Both the position numbers and the translations under genes were made by a program. Below the pieces are notes generated by a model, which ran no database searches, was not told where the DNA came from, and saw only the letters and a list, made by a program, of their open reading frames with translations. A stretch of 64,000 nt of DNA from an uncultured Clostridia bacterium (GTDB taxonomy: Bacteria; Bacillota; Clostridia; Christensenellales; CAG-917): the NCBI GenBank assembly GCA_944358385.1, contig CALVQW010000002.1, positions 72,033-136,032 of the forward strand, read 5' to 3'. Shown piece after piece: positions 51,055 through 60,152 of this stretch (position 1 is the stretch's first letter; every line of letters starts with the position of its first letter).

Positions 51055-51972
51055 TCAGACAAGGCGCAGGTCGTCGCCGTCAAAGGAGAGGGTGAGGGAG
51101 CGGCGTTTGTCGAAGAGGCGGGAGTAGATGCGCTCGTTGTACACTTGCAGTATCCTCTCCGGGGAGAGATTGGTGGTGACGACGGTGGAGAGGTGTTTCG
51201 AGCCGCGCTCTTCCAGGACAAGCAGGAGATACTCGCAGGTGACGTTGTTGTATCTGGGTTCTGTGCCCAGGTCGTCTATCACCAGCAATTCCGCGGTCAG
51301 CACATCCGCGAGTATGCCTTCTCGCTCGGAGTAGGGCGAGGTGTGGCATTTGAGCATGAGGGAGTTGAACGCCGTCGCGCTCATGACCAGCGCGCTGTGT
51401 CCGCCGCGTATGAGGGTGCGGGCGAGGGCGGTGGCGAGCATGGTCTTTCCCGTCCCCGTCTTGCCCGTGCAAACTATCACATTGCGGTTGACGTCGGGGA
51501 ACTTCTCCGCATACGCGCTCATGCGCCCGTAAAGTTTGGCGAGATGCTGTGCCTGAGAGCCTTTGACGTCGGCGGGATCGAAGTCCGAGAGGGCGAAACC
51601 CTCCGGCGAGATGTCGCAGGCGATGCCGAGGGCGCGGACGAGTGCCTCACGCGTGCATTTGCAGAGAGTGCCGTCCGATATGCCCGTGTCATTACAGAGA
51701 GGGCAGAGGACGCGGGGGAGAAAATCCTCCTCCGAATAGCCCGCCTCGGCGAGGGCTTCCACATATGCGGCGCGCAGTTTCTCGGCGTTGCGGCGGCGGT
51801 CCTGCCCGCCGTAGCGCAGGCTCTCGTGCAACGCGTTGACGTATTCGCGGTGCGCCTCCGAGACGTCGGGGAGGGAGAGAGCGGCGGCTTTTCTCGCTTC
51901 CGCAGCCGCCTCCTCGCGGCGTTTTGCCGCCCGCTTTTCTTCCAGCACCTTTTTCAAAACCTCGTTGGTCAT
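51055..51972 (-). CDS. dnaI: Helicase loader / primosomal protein DnaI (DnaC/IstB-like AAA+ ATPase)
   Basis: 305 aa. N-terminal zinc-ribbon cysteines (CPLCNDTG...LCKC), Walker A GKTGTGKTMLATA and Walker B LLVIDDLG. Overlaps the upstream dnaD/dnaB-like gene (ATGA), as in the Bacillus dnaB-dnaI arrangement. Confidence 0.85.
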   Translation of the reverse strand: MTNEVLKKVLEEKRAAKRREEAAAEARKAAALSLPDVSEAHREYVNALHESLRYGGQDRRRNAEKLRAAYVEALAEAGYSEEDFLPRVLCPLCNDTGISDGTLCKCTREALVRALGIACDISPEGFALSDFDPADVKGSQAQHLAKLYGRMSAYAEKFPDVNRNVIVCTGKTGTGKTMLATALARTLIRGGHSALVMSATAFNSLMLKCHTSPYSEREGILADVLTAELLVIDDLGTEPRYNNVTCEYLLLVLEERGSKHLSTVVTTNLSPERILQVYNERIYSRLFDKRRSLTLSFDGDDLRLV

Positions 51973-53426
51973 AGATCGTCATCCTCCAGATCGTCTATGT
52001 TGACCATGACCGATCTTATCTGTTCGTCCGTATAGCTGCGCTCCTCGAAATTCTTGGCGGAGGAGGGACGTGCGGGCTGTCTGTCCGAGGGCTGAGCGGC
52101 GGCGCGGCGCGCGTCCTCCGGGGTGCGTACGCCTTGGGCTTTCCACTCCGAGAGCAGACGGTTGACGGCGGAGGTGGGATAGCTCCTGCCCGCCGAGAGT
52201 TCCGCGGCGATGAGGATCACCTCGTCCGGGAACCCCCACACCGCGCTCCACGTGCGGTAGAAGTTGCGGTCGGAGGCGGTGACACCGCGGTCTCTGCCCG
52301 TTGCTTCCACGATCTTCTTTATGCGCTCGTCCTGCGCGACCTGTTCCCCGATGAAGCCGTTGATGGCGTCCACGGTGAGCAGCCCCTGGGAGTAGAATTT
52401 CTCCACCACGCCGTTCATCCCTTCCAGAGTGCGTATGCCCGAAAGGAAGCAGTAGTGCGCAACGGTGAGGAGAGCCTTTTCGTCAAAGCCCTTTTCCAGC
52501 CACGGGGAAGTGTACACCTCGATGACGTGGTCGAGGGACTCGTAGAACACGCCTATCGTCTTGTTGATCTTGACGGCGAGTTCCTGCAAACGCTCTCTGT
52601 GCGCGTTGTATTCCTTCATTTCCTCCGCGGTGAACACGCCCATGCGGTAGAATTCGTCGAGGCGTGTATCGAGCTTGCGGAAGGTCTTGCCCGCCTTGAT
52701 GCTCTTTGCGGCTTCGAGTACGGCGGGGAGGGTGAACCCCCAGCTCCTCGTCCATTTGGTGAGCATCTGTTTCTCTTCAAGCTCCGCTCCGCCCTTTCTG
52801 CCGAGTGCGGAAAGCACCGCGCGCATATCCTCGGACTGCGCCTCGTATTCGTTGAGTTTCCTCTCCACGTCGGCGACGGTGCGCACGCCTTCGTTTGCCC
52901 AATTCCTCGCCACGGTGAGGATGTAGGGGTATCTCACGTTCTCGCCCTTCAATTCGATGCAGTATCTCACGATCATCAGCATCGCGTCGCGGTCCAGCTT
53001 GACGGAGTCGAGGAAGGTGTAGTACTCGTTGTATTCGTTGGGTGTGAGCATGCGCTCGTGGAAGAGCTGCTGCAACTCGCGGTTAAAGTCGTTCCACTTC
53101 TCGGACTTGTATTTTCTGGGAGGCTGCATGGCGCGCTTCAAGGAGCAGTATGCCACTTCGAGCGGCTCTTTGGACACCACGCGGCACAGTCCCGCGTCCT
53201 CGAAATCGGTGTAGACGGAGAGAAGTTCCGCCTCGCTCACGCCCAGAGTGGCGCACATTTCGTCGAGGGAATTCATCTTTTCGGGCATGGAGCACATATA
53301 CAGCCCGTAGAGGTAGATCTTGATCTGCTTCTCCGAGCAATGCGGAAGATGCTCGTTGATGAACAGATTGTCCACGAGCGTGAAACTCTCCATCAAAAAA
53401 TCGCTTGAAAACTTTGCCAGGCTCAC
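51969..53426 (-). CDS. DnaD/DnaB-type replication initiation and membrane attachment protein
   Basis: 485 aa from GTG 53426 (GGAGGAAAA RBS). Repeated DnaD-like C-terminal domains (...YILTVARNWANEGV..., ...LLTVAHYCFLSG...). Operonic with dnaI. Confidence 0.8.
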   Translation of the reverse strand: MSLAKFSSDFLMESFTLVDNLFINEHLPHCSEKQIKIYLYGLYMCSMPEKMNSLDEMCATLGVSEAELLSVYTDFEDAGLCRVVSKEPLEVAYCSLKRAMQPPRKYKSEKWNDFNRELQQLFHERMLTPNEYNEYYTFLDSVKLDRDAMLMIVRYCIELKGENVRYPYILTVARNWANEGVRTVADVERKLNEYEAQSEDMRAVLSALGRKGGAELEEKQMLTKWTRSWGFTLPAVLEAAKSIKAGKTFRKLDTRLDEFYRMGVFTAEEMKEYNAHRERLQELAVKINKTIGVFYESLDHVIEVYTSPWLEKGFDEKALLTVAHYCFLSGIRTLEGMNGVVEKFYSQGLLTVDAINGFIGEQVAQDERIKKIVEATGRDRGVTASDRNFYRTWSAVWGFPDEVILIAAELSAGRSYPTSAVNRLLSEWKAQGVRTPEDARRAAAQPSDRQPARPSSAKNFEERSYTDEQIRSVMVNIDDLEDDDL

Positions 53427-53540
53427 TTTTCCTCCGTTTTCGCCGCGGCAGGGCGGACACCTCCGTGTCCCGCGCCGCCCGTGGGCGAACGCTTATTAAC
53501 ATAGCACACAATTTGCAAAATGTGAACACCTTGGGGGAAG

Positions 53541-53571
53541 GAAAAAACAAAACCCCACATATAGTGTGGGG
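53541..53571 (-). terminator. Intrinsic terminator after the MnmM-like methyltransferase gene
   Basis: Minus strand: CCCCACA-CTATA-TGTGGGG followed by TTTTGTTTTTT. Confidence 0.75.
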
Positions 53572-53590
53572 CGGAGGGTGAGGACAGTTT

Positions 53591-54148
53591 TTATAATTTT
53601 ATTATAAAGAAGGGGATGGGCGGATCCTTCTTCCAGTTGTGGAAGGTGAGGCGCACCACCTCATATTTGGTGTCGTCCAGGGCGGCGAGGAAGGGGATGA
53701 GCGCGTCCCGCTCGGCGTATCCGTTCGCGCCGCCGCTGTATATCGTGACGCACATCAGTCCGCCGCTGCGGAGGATGTCCAGCCCCGCTTCTATCGCTTT
53801 CATCGTGCTCTCGGCGCGGGTGTAGACGGCGTGATCCCCGCCGGGCAGCCAGCCGAGATTGAAGAGTATGCAGTGCGCGCTCTCCTTTTCCGCATAGCGC
53901 GCCATATTTTCGTGCGAGTCCAGCACCACTTCGGCGGTCAGCCCTTCCGCGGCTAGGCGGGCGCGGGTGCTTTCCACCGCATCGGGCTGTATGTCAAAGG
54001 CAAGGACGCGTCCGCTTTCCCCCACTGTGCGGGCGAGAAAGACGGTGTCATGCCCCCGTCCCGCGGTGGCGTCTATGGCGAAACCGCCTTCGGGCAGCCG
54101 TTCTTTGACTGCACGTTTAACGAGTTCGACAGCATTCATAGTCGTCAT
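53591..54148 (-). CDS. Class I SAM-dependent methyltransferase (YtqB/MnmM-like putative tRNA/rRNA methylase)
   Basis: 185 aa. SAM motif AIDATAGRGHDT and FDIQ, with a short Rossmann fold. GGAGAAGGAGGAG RBS. The start overlaps the queT 3-prime end by 32 nt. Confidence 0.75.
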   Translation of the reverse strand: MTTMNAVELVKRAVKERLPEGGFAIDATAGRGHDTVFLARTVGESGRVLAFDIQPDAVESTRARLAAEGLTAEVVLDSHENMARYAEKESAHCILFNLGWLPGGDHAVYTRAESTMKAIEAGLDILRSGGLMCVTIYSGGANGYAERDALIPFLAALDDTKYEVVRLTFHNWKKDPPIPFFIIKL

Positions 54149-54701
54149 ACTCCTCCTTCTCCCGCTCTTGGGCGGGGATGCGGCGGTAGGGCGGTGCGGT
54201 GAGCGTCTTGCGGAAGGAGTAGAACTGTATCCCCGCGCGCGCCAGAGCCGCTTTCAGCGCGAGCGTGAGGGGAAGCCCTATCACGCACACCACGATGACC
54301 TCGGATGCGAGGATGAGTGCGAAATTGAGCATATACGCCGCGTCCGAGCCGTCCACCACCCAGATGAGCGGGACGAGGACGGCGTTGAGAAAGAGGGGAG
54401 GCAGGACGTAGAGGAACTTCGTGCGCCTGAGAAGGCAGGTCAGCACCGCCGCGAGCGCGGTGGCTATCGTGCCGAAGATCACGTCGTACATCGCCGAGGT
54501 CGAGTAGAAGAAGTTGGAGAGGAAGCACCCCAGTGTCACGCCGATGATCGCCTCCGGCATGAATATCGGCAGCAGTACGAGAGCCTCGGAAAGGCGGAAC
54601 TGTACGGGACCGAAAGAGATGGGTTTGAGTGCGGTCGTCAGCGCAAAGTAGATCGCCGCCACCACCGCGGAACGCGTGATGAAGAAAACAGTCTTTTTCA
54701 A
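54117..54701 (-). CDS. queT: QueT family queuosine-precursor transporter (ECF S-component-like)
   Basis: 194 aa. Begins at TTG 54701 (GAGGT RBS). The N-terminus MKKTVFFITRSAVVAAIYFALT...RLSEAL is typical of QueT. Directly preceded by a preQ1-I riboswitch-like element. Confidence 0.8.
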   Translation of the reverse strand: MKKTVFFITRSAVVAAIYFALTTALKPISFGPVQFRLSEALVLLPIFMPEAIIGVTLGCFLSNFFYSTSAMYDVIFGTIATALAAVLTCLLRRTKFLYVLPPLFLNAVLVPLIWVVDGSDAAYMLNFALILASEVIVVCVIGLPLTLALKAALARAGIQFYSFRKTLTAPPYRRIPAQEREKEEYDDYECCRTR

Positions 54702-54707
54702 AACATA

Positions 54708-54746
54708 CCTCGGTTTTTTTTATTGATGGGTGTTGCCGTGACCATC
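54708..54746 (-). promoter_or_regulatory. preQ1-I riboswitch-like element upstream of queT
   Basis: Minus-strand RNA: GAUGG-UCACGGCAACAC-CCAUC-AAUAAAAAAAACCGAGG. It aligns module for module with the B. subtilis queC preQ1-I aptamer AGAGG-UUCUAGCUACAC-CCUCU-AUAAAAAACUAAGG: a 5-bp P1, a 12-nt loop ending in ACAC, and an A-rich tail. Loop CGG can pair with tail CCG (P2), which would sequester the GAGG RBS. Confidence 0.75.
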
Positions 54747-54836
54747 GCGGGTATGTTATCATACAATACATCCGAAAGCAACTTATTTCGAGGCGGCGGC
54801 GGAGATTTTCGGCATTCGCGCGCCTCAGGAGGAGAT

Positions 54837-55304
54837 ATGCACAGCTTTGAGAATATGGATTTTATGAACAGCGCGTTCAATACGGGCGCGTTCGTGACCT
54901 CGGGCGGCAACGTCATGGTGGCAAGCTGGGGGTTCGTGGGCGTTATGTGGGGCAAGAAGGTGTTTGTCGCGCCCATCCGCGACAGCCGCTACACCAAGGA
55001 AATGCTGGACAGGACGGGCGAGTTCACAGTCAGCGTTCCCGCCGCGGGCACCATGAAAAAGGAGCTTGCCTTCTGCGGCAGCAAGAGCGGACGCGACCAC
55101 GACAAGTGGGCGGAGACGGGCATGAAAAAACTGCCCGCAAAAGAGATCGCCGGCGACGTCGTCGCGGGGTGCGAGAGATATTTCGAGTGCCGCGTGTTGG
55201 GCGTGCTGCCCATGGGGGACATGGACATAAGCAAGGTGGCGGGCTGGTACGCCAACGGCGACAAGCACAATTTCTATTTCGGCGAGATCGTCGCGGAGTA
55301 TTGA
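54837..55304 (+). CDS. Flavin reductase-like (FMN-binding split-barrel) protein
   Basis: 155 aa from ATG 54837 (AGGAGGAG RBS). The rest of ORF 53967..55304 lies antisense to queT and the methyltransferase and is not credible. Sequence VTSGGNVMVASWGFVG... resembles the flavin reductase domain family. Confidence 0.7.
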   Translation: MHSFENMDFMNSAFNTGAFVTSGGNVMVASWGFVGVMWGKKVFVAPIRDSRYTKEMLDRTGEFTVSVPAAGTMKKELAFCGSKSGRDHDKWAETGMKKLPAKEIAGDVVAGCERYFECRVLGVLPMGDMDISKVAGWYANGDKHNFYFGEIVAEY

Positions 55305-55618
55305 TGAAGATCTGGGCTAAGGTGATGCGCGGGGACAAGATCCTCAAAGACGTCCTTTACGAGGGGGAACACGTGTCCTCCTTTTCGGGATTCCGCGAAG
55401 CGGTGCAGAACGTGGCGTACAAGGCGGATGTCTCCACCCCCGTGCTGTTGCCCGCGCATTACGAGAGATTCGATAGGTTCAACAGAGTGAAATTCCTGCC
55501 CTCGGATTTCATCGAGGATGTGGATTTCACTGCCTTCGTTTTGGAGCGCGTCAAGGAGGACAAGCCGGAAAGGAAGGTCATCGGCAGGAGCAGAGTGTTC
55601 CCCACACGCATACATTAA
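55304..55618 (+). CDS. Hypothetical protein
   Basis: 104 aa, MKIWAKVMRGDKILKDVLYEG.... The ATG overlaps the upstream stop (TGATG). Followed by a strong intrinsic terminator. No family recognised. Confidence 0.55.
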   Translation: MKIWAKVMRGDKILKDVLYEGEHVSSFSGFREAVQNVAYKADVSTPVLLPAHYERFDRFNRVKFLPSDFIEDVDFTAFVLERVKEDKPERKVIGRSRVFPTRIH

Positions 55619-55661
55619 GCGAGGTTTAACGCGCTATATAGCACGTTAAACCCGCGTTTTT
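55619..55661 (+). terminator. Intrinsic terminator after hypothetical gene 55304..55618
   Basis: GCGAGGTTTAACG-(12-nt loop)-CGTTAAACCCGC followed by GTTTTT. Confidence 0.75.
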
Positions 55662-55764
55662 GTCAATTAAAAGAGATTTTAACGGCGCATTGCCGCGGGG
55701 CTTCAGAGCCTCGGCATAAATTGCCTTCCGTTGCGGAAACTAACAGCCGAACGGGAGGTTTTTT

Positions 55765-56289
55765 ATGGGCGGAACGGGCATCGTGCGCAGAATGGACGAG
55801 CTGGGGAGGATCGTCATCCCCAAGGAGATAAGGCGGGCGATGCGGCTCGCCGAGGGGGACGAGGTGGAGATCTTCCCCGACGGCGAAGGGTTTGCCGTGC
55901 GCAGACACTCCCGCTTTTCGGGGTTTTGCCGCGCCGCCGAAAGGGCGGTGAACATGCTCGCCGAGGAGTCCGGGTGCGAGGTCTTTCTCGTTGCCGCGGA
56001 CAGGGTGGCGGCGGCGTCGGGTACGCTGTGTCGTTCCCTGCTTTCCCGTCCCGTCACTGAGGAACTGCGCGCGATGGCGCGGGAGCGTGCATCGGGCAGG
56101 CGGACGGTCGAGGGCGGCATAGTCCCCGTCGGCGGAGTGCGGCTTGCGGCAGAGGAACTGTTCTACGTCCCCGTCGCCTGCGGGGGAGATGTCGCGGGTT
56201 GTCTGTTTTTTGCGGGAAAGGGCGCGCGGGATGCCGAGCATCTCGCCCTTTTTGCCGCGGGGATGTTGGAGGCGGTATGCGGAGAGTGA
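55765..56289 (+). CDS. spoVT: Stage V sporulation protein T (AbrB-family N-terminal domain + GAF-like C-terminal domain)
   Basis: 174 aa. SpoVT/AbrB swapped-hairpin motif TGIVRRMDELGRIVIPKEIRR.M.L..GD.VEIF. The length and the downstream yabM/yabN-like genes match Bacillus spoVT synteny. Confidence 0.85.
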   Translation: MGGTGIVRRMDELGRIVIPKEIRRAMRLAEGDEVEIFPDGEGFAVRRHSRFSGFCRAAERAVNMLAEESGCEVFLVAADRVAAASGTLCRSLLSRPVTEELRAMARERASGRRTVEGGIVPVGGVRLAAEELFYVPVACGGDVAGCLFFAGKGARDAEHLALFAAGMLEAVCGE

Positions 56290-57884
56290 AGGAGAGTTCC
56301 CCCACACGCCGCGGCAGGCTGATGAGCGGCGCGGCGGTGCTTGCGTTGGGCAGCATCGTCGCAAAGATCATAGGCGCGTTCCACCGCGTCCCCCTCACCA
56401 ACATCCTTGGAGCGGAAGGTATGGGGATATATCAGCTGGTTTTCCCCGTCTACGCCCTTTTCATCACCCTCTCTACGGCGGGCATCCCCACCGCGCTTTC
56501 CCGGCTCGTCGCCGAGCACCGCGCGAGGGGAGAGGACGCGCGCAAATATCTTGCCGCAGCCCTTTTCACCCTTCTCGCCCTTTCGGTGTTCGCGGGCGCG
56601 CTCATCGTCGCGCTCTCCCACGTCCTCGCGGGCTGGCAGGGCAATCCTTCGGCGGCTCCCGGCTACGCCGTCATCGCTCCCGCCGTCGTCTTTTCGGGCA
56701 TAGTGGCAGGTTTGAGAGGCTGGTTCCAGGGGGAGATGTACATGACTCCCACGGCGGTGTCGAGCGTGCTGGAACAGCTCGTCAAACTCGGCGCGGGGGT
56801 GGGCTTCGCCCTGCTTTTCCTCCCCGACGGAGGGAGTGCCGCGGTGTCTGGTGCGCTGCTCGGCGTGACTCTCTCGGAGTTCGTAGCCGCGTGCTATCTC
56901 ATCATCACCTATGCCGTACGCAGACGTAGGAAGGGCGGCGCGCGAGAAGGTCTGAGGTTGGATGCGGAGGAGAGGAAGGCGATGTTCCGCACCGCCGCGC
57001 CCATAGCCCTTCTCGGCGTGATAGTTCCCCTCGGCGCGTTTTCGGACAGCCTCATCGTCGTCAACGCTCTGGGGTGGGGCGGTGCGGACACGGCGAGTGC
57101 CACCGCGATGTACGGGTTGTACTCCGGTCCCGTCACCTCTCTTGTCAATCTTCCCGTGGTCATCGCCATGTCCCTTGCCGTCGCCGTCGTCCCCTCCGTC
57201 TCCGTCTCGCGTGCGGAACGCGATCTCGGCGGCGTGCTGAGCAAGAGCAGGATGTCCGTCAAACTCATCTATCTCATAGGCGTGGCTTCCGCGCTCTTTC
57301 TCATCATATTCGGCAGGGACATCCTTTCCCTTCTCTATCCCGCTTTGAGCGCGCGCGAAGTGCTGACGGCGGCACGGCTGATGTCCGTGGCGGCGTTGGG
57401 GGTGGTGCTGACGGGGGCGACGCAGATCTATATCTCGCTCTTACAGGCACTTGACAAGACGAAAGCGGCGGTTAAAAGCCTTTTTTGTGCGGTATGTGTC
57501 AAAGTCATCCTTTCCCTCACTCTCGTGCCTTTCATAGGCGTGACGGGCGCGGCGGTGGCGGGAGTGGGCATGAGTGCGGTCTCCCTCGTTGCGGTGACGG
57601 CGGCTTTCAGGCGGTATACGGGGGAGAGAGCGGAAAAAAGTGTTGCCCAAACACTGGTGTGCGGTGTTATAATGTCGCTGGTGGCTTTGCCCGTCAGGGA
57701 GTATGTCCCCACCCACATCGGCGCGGTGCTTGCGGGGGCTGCGGTCTGCTTTGTCGTTTACGGCTGGCTCACCACTCTCGTCGGGGTGTTCACCGAGAGC
57801 GAGTGCTTGGCTCTGCCTTTCGGCAGCCGCCTCGTAAGATTGCGCAGGATAATACGTTTTTGGGAGAATGAGTATGAAAGATGA
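56277..57884 (+). CDS. MOP-superfamily polysaccharide/lipid II flippase-like protein (YabM/SpoVB/MurJ-like)
   Basis: 535 aa from ATG 56277 (GGAGG RBS). 12-14 TM helices. N-terminal motif GSIVAKIIGAFHRVPLTNILGAEGMG is typical of the SpoVB/MurJ family. Confidence 0.8.
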   Translation: MRRVKESSPTRRGRLMSGAAVLALGSIVAKIIGAFHRVPLTNILGAEGMGIYQLVFPVYALFITLSTAGIPTALSRLVAEHRARGEDARKYLAAALFTLLALSVFAGALIVALSHVLAGWQGNPSAAPGYAVIAPAVVFSGIVAGLRGWFQGEMYMTPTAVSSVLEQLVKLGAGVGFALLFLPDGGSAAVSGALLGVTLSEFVAACYLIITYAVRRRRKGGAREGLRLDAEERKAMFRTAAPIALLGVIVPLGAFSDSLIVVNALGWGGADTASATAMYGLYSGPVTSLVNLPVVIAMSLAVAVVPSVSVSRAERDLGGVLSKSRMSVKLIYLIGVASALFLIIFGRDILSLLYPALSAREVLTAARLMSVAALGVVLTGATQIYISLLQALDKTKAAVKSLFCAVCVKVILSLTLVPFIGVTGAAVAGVGMSAVSLVAVTAAFRRYTGERAEKSVAQTLVCGVIMSLVALPVREYVPTHIGAVLAGAAVCFVVYGWLTTLVGVFTESECLALPFGSRLVRLRRIIRFWENEYER

Positions 57885-58926
57885 TCTTGTGAAGGCGGAG
57901 ACTTCCCGCCAGATCTACATAGCGGAGGACATCATGCCCGGGTATGTCGCCGTCAACAAGCGCGTGCCTCTCGCCGTCATCGGCGTCTCGCCCGAAAGGT
58001 GCGGCGCGGTGAAGGAGAGGCTCATCTCCCTCTACGGCGCGGAGACTCCCGCCAATGTCGCTTGCGGCGGGAAGTGTGTCTCCGTCACTTTGGCGGAGCT
58101 TCCCGCGCGTTTCGAGAGCGTGGAGTTGGACGCGCAGAAACTCACCGAGCGCAAAAGATTCGATTTTTCGGACCTCAACGAGATAATGGCGCGGCTGCGC
58201 GGCGAGGGCGGCTGCGAGTGGGACAGGGCGCAGGATCACAGGAGCATCCGCATCAACCTCATCGAGGAGGCGTATGAGTTGGTGGAGGCGATAGACCGCG
58301 CCGACGTCGCCGGTATGCTGGAAGAGAGCGGCGACATCCTCATGCAGGCTGTTTTTCATGCGCAGATCGCGGAGGAAGCGGGGGAGTTCGGCTACGGCGA
58401 TATGCTCACGGGGCTGTGCCGCAAACTTCTCGACCGCCACACCCACATCTTCGGCGAGAATCACGCCGACAACGCGGAGCAGGCACTCGGATTTTGGAAC
58501 GAAGCCAAGAAGAAAGAAAAGAAATATGCCTCGCACACGGACGCCATGGACAGAGTGCCCAAAAATCTTCCCGCGCTACTTTACGCCGAGAAGGTGCAGA
58601 AGGTGGCAAAACGCGCGGGGTTCGATTGGGCGGACTTCCGTCCTGCTGCCGAAAAGGTGAAAGAGGAGCTTGACGAGTTTCTCGCAGCGGACGGAGCGCA
58701 CCTTGCGGAGGAAGGCGGCGATCTTCTCTTTGCCGCCGTCAATCTGATCAGACTGAAAAAGGTGGAAGCGGAGAACGCGCTGCGCGAAGCTAGCGCAAAA
58801 TTTTTCCGCAGGTTTGCCGCCGTCGAGGACGCGGTGAAGGCGCAGGGCAAGGACATGAACGAGCTTCCGCTCGAAGTGCTTGACAAGATTTGGGAAGAGG
58901 TCAAAATCTCCGAAAAGGAAGTTTAA
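57868..58926 (+). CDS. mazG: MazG-family nucleoside triphosphate pyrophosphohydrolase (YabN-like, short N-terminal domain)
   Basis: 352 aa. Tandem MazG EEXXE-type motifs (LIEEAYELVEAI, LAEEGGDLLFAAVNL). Position after the spoVT and yabM-like genes, as in Bacillus. Start is ATG 57868 or 57874. Confidence 0.8.
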   Translation: MSMKDDLVKAETSRQIYIAEDIMPGYVAVNKRVPLAVIGVSPERCGAVKERLISLYGAETPANVACGGKCVSVTLAELPARFESVELDAQKLTERKRFDFSDLNEIMARLRGEGGCEWDRAQDHRSIRINLIEEAYELVEAIDRADVAGMLEESGDILMQAVFHAQIAEEAGEFGYGDMLTGLCRKLLDRHTHIFGENHADNAEQALGFWNEAKKKEKKYASHTDAMDRVPKNLPALLYAEKVQKVAKRAGFDWADFRPAAEKVKEELDEFLAADGAHLAEEGGDLLFAAVNLIRLKKVEAENALREASAKFFRRFAAVEDAVKAQGKDMNELPLEVLDKIWEEVKISEKEV

Positions 58927-59948
58927 TGAGCGTTTTCTGCGGTTTAAACATTACATCGCGCATTTTCCTCGCGCCCATGGCAGGTTTCAGTGACGCGGGT
59001 TTCCGCGCAGTCTGCGCGGCTCACGGCGCGGGGCTTACCTATACGGAGATGGTCAGCGCGAAAGGGATGTGCTACGGCAACCGCGGCACCGCGCCCCTTC
59101 TTTACACCGAGCCTGAGTGTTCTCCGCGTGCGGTGCAGGTCTTCGGCAGCGATCCGGAATTTATGTTCAAAGCCGCATCCGATGAGAGACTTAACGGTTT
59201 CGACATCGTGGACATCAACATGGGCTGTCCCGTGAAAAAGGTGTTTGCGGGCGGGGACGGCAGCGCGCTCATGGCGCATCCCGATCTCATCGGTGAGATA
59301 GTGCGTGCCACCGTCGAGGGCGCGCGGCGTCCCGTCACCGTCAAGTTGCGCGCGGGTATAACGCAGGGCGTACCGCTCGTCACGGAGTGCGCGCTCGCAG
59401 CCTGCCGCGCGGGGGCGTCCGCAGTCACCGTGCATCCGCGTTTCAGAGACCAGATGTATGCAGGCAAGGCGGATCACTCCGTCACCGCCGAGGTGAAAGA
59501 GGCGATCTCCGTCCCCGTAGTTGCCAGCGGCGACATCACGGACGCCGAGAGCTATTTCGAGGTGCGTCGCATCTCCCGTGCCGATGCCTATATGATCGGC
59601 AGAGGCGCGCTGGGACGCCCGTGGCTTTTTGAAGTGCTGGGCAAGCTGGACGCACTCTCGGAGGATGAGATCTACACGGCGGACGGCGGTGTGCGTGAGG
59701 ACGCGCGCGCCTATGCCGCATCTCTCACCGCCGATGCAAAAGCCGCATTCGATGCGTCCGATGCCGTAAAAAGGCACGTGGACATCCTTTTGAAGATACT
59801 CCCGGAGCGCACCGTAGCAAATGTGATGAAGCTGCACCTCTGTCATTACGCCAAAAACACCCCGCACGCCAAAGCCGTCCGCCTCGCCGCCTCCCGCATA
59901 GGCGGCGTCTCGGACGTTTTCGCCGTCACAGACGAGTTTTTGTCTTGA
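58926..59948 (+). CDS. dusB: tRNA-dihydrouridine synthase (DusB-like)
   Basis: 340 aa from ATG 58926 (overlaps the mazG stop TAATG). Motifs LAPMAGFSD, VDINMGCPV and TVHPR. Confidence 0.85.
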   Translation: MSVFCGLNITSRIFLAPMAGFSDAGFRAVCAAHGAGLTYTEMVSAKGMCYGNRGTAPLLYTEPECSPRAVQVFGSDPEFMFKAASDERLNGFDIVDINMGCPVKKVFAGGDGSALMAHPDLIGEIVRATVEGARRPVTVKLRAGITQGVPLVTECALAACRAGASAVTVHPRFRDQMYAGKADHSVTAEVKEAISVPVVASGDITDAESYFEVRRISRADAYMIGRGALGRPWLFEVLGKLDALSEDEIYTADGGVREDARAYAASLTADAKAAFDASDAVKRHVDILLKILPERTVANVMKLHLCHYAKNTPHAKAVRLAASRIGGVSDVFAVTDEFLS

Positions 59949-60095
59949 CTCGAAACACCCGCTTAGATCACGGAAAAACCACATTTGTTATGCCGCTTGG
60001 GCATCAAAGCAGCGATGCGCCGAGTGCGTGATGATTAACTTTCGTTGTGGCGCAGAGCGGTGGTGATATGCCTTAATGTCGGAAGGGACAGGTGG

Positions 60096-60123
60096 TTGTC
60101 GAAATGCGGGGATGTGGTATAAT
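60096..60123 (+). promoter_or_regulatory. Promoter of trmL (extended -10)
   Basis: TTGTCG (60096-60101), 16 nt spacer, TGgTATAAT (ending at 60123). Confidence 0.6.
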
Positions 60124-60152
60124 ATGCAAAAAGAGGCATATGTGAGAAAGTT

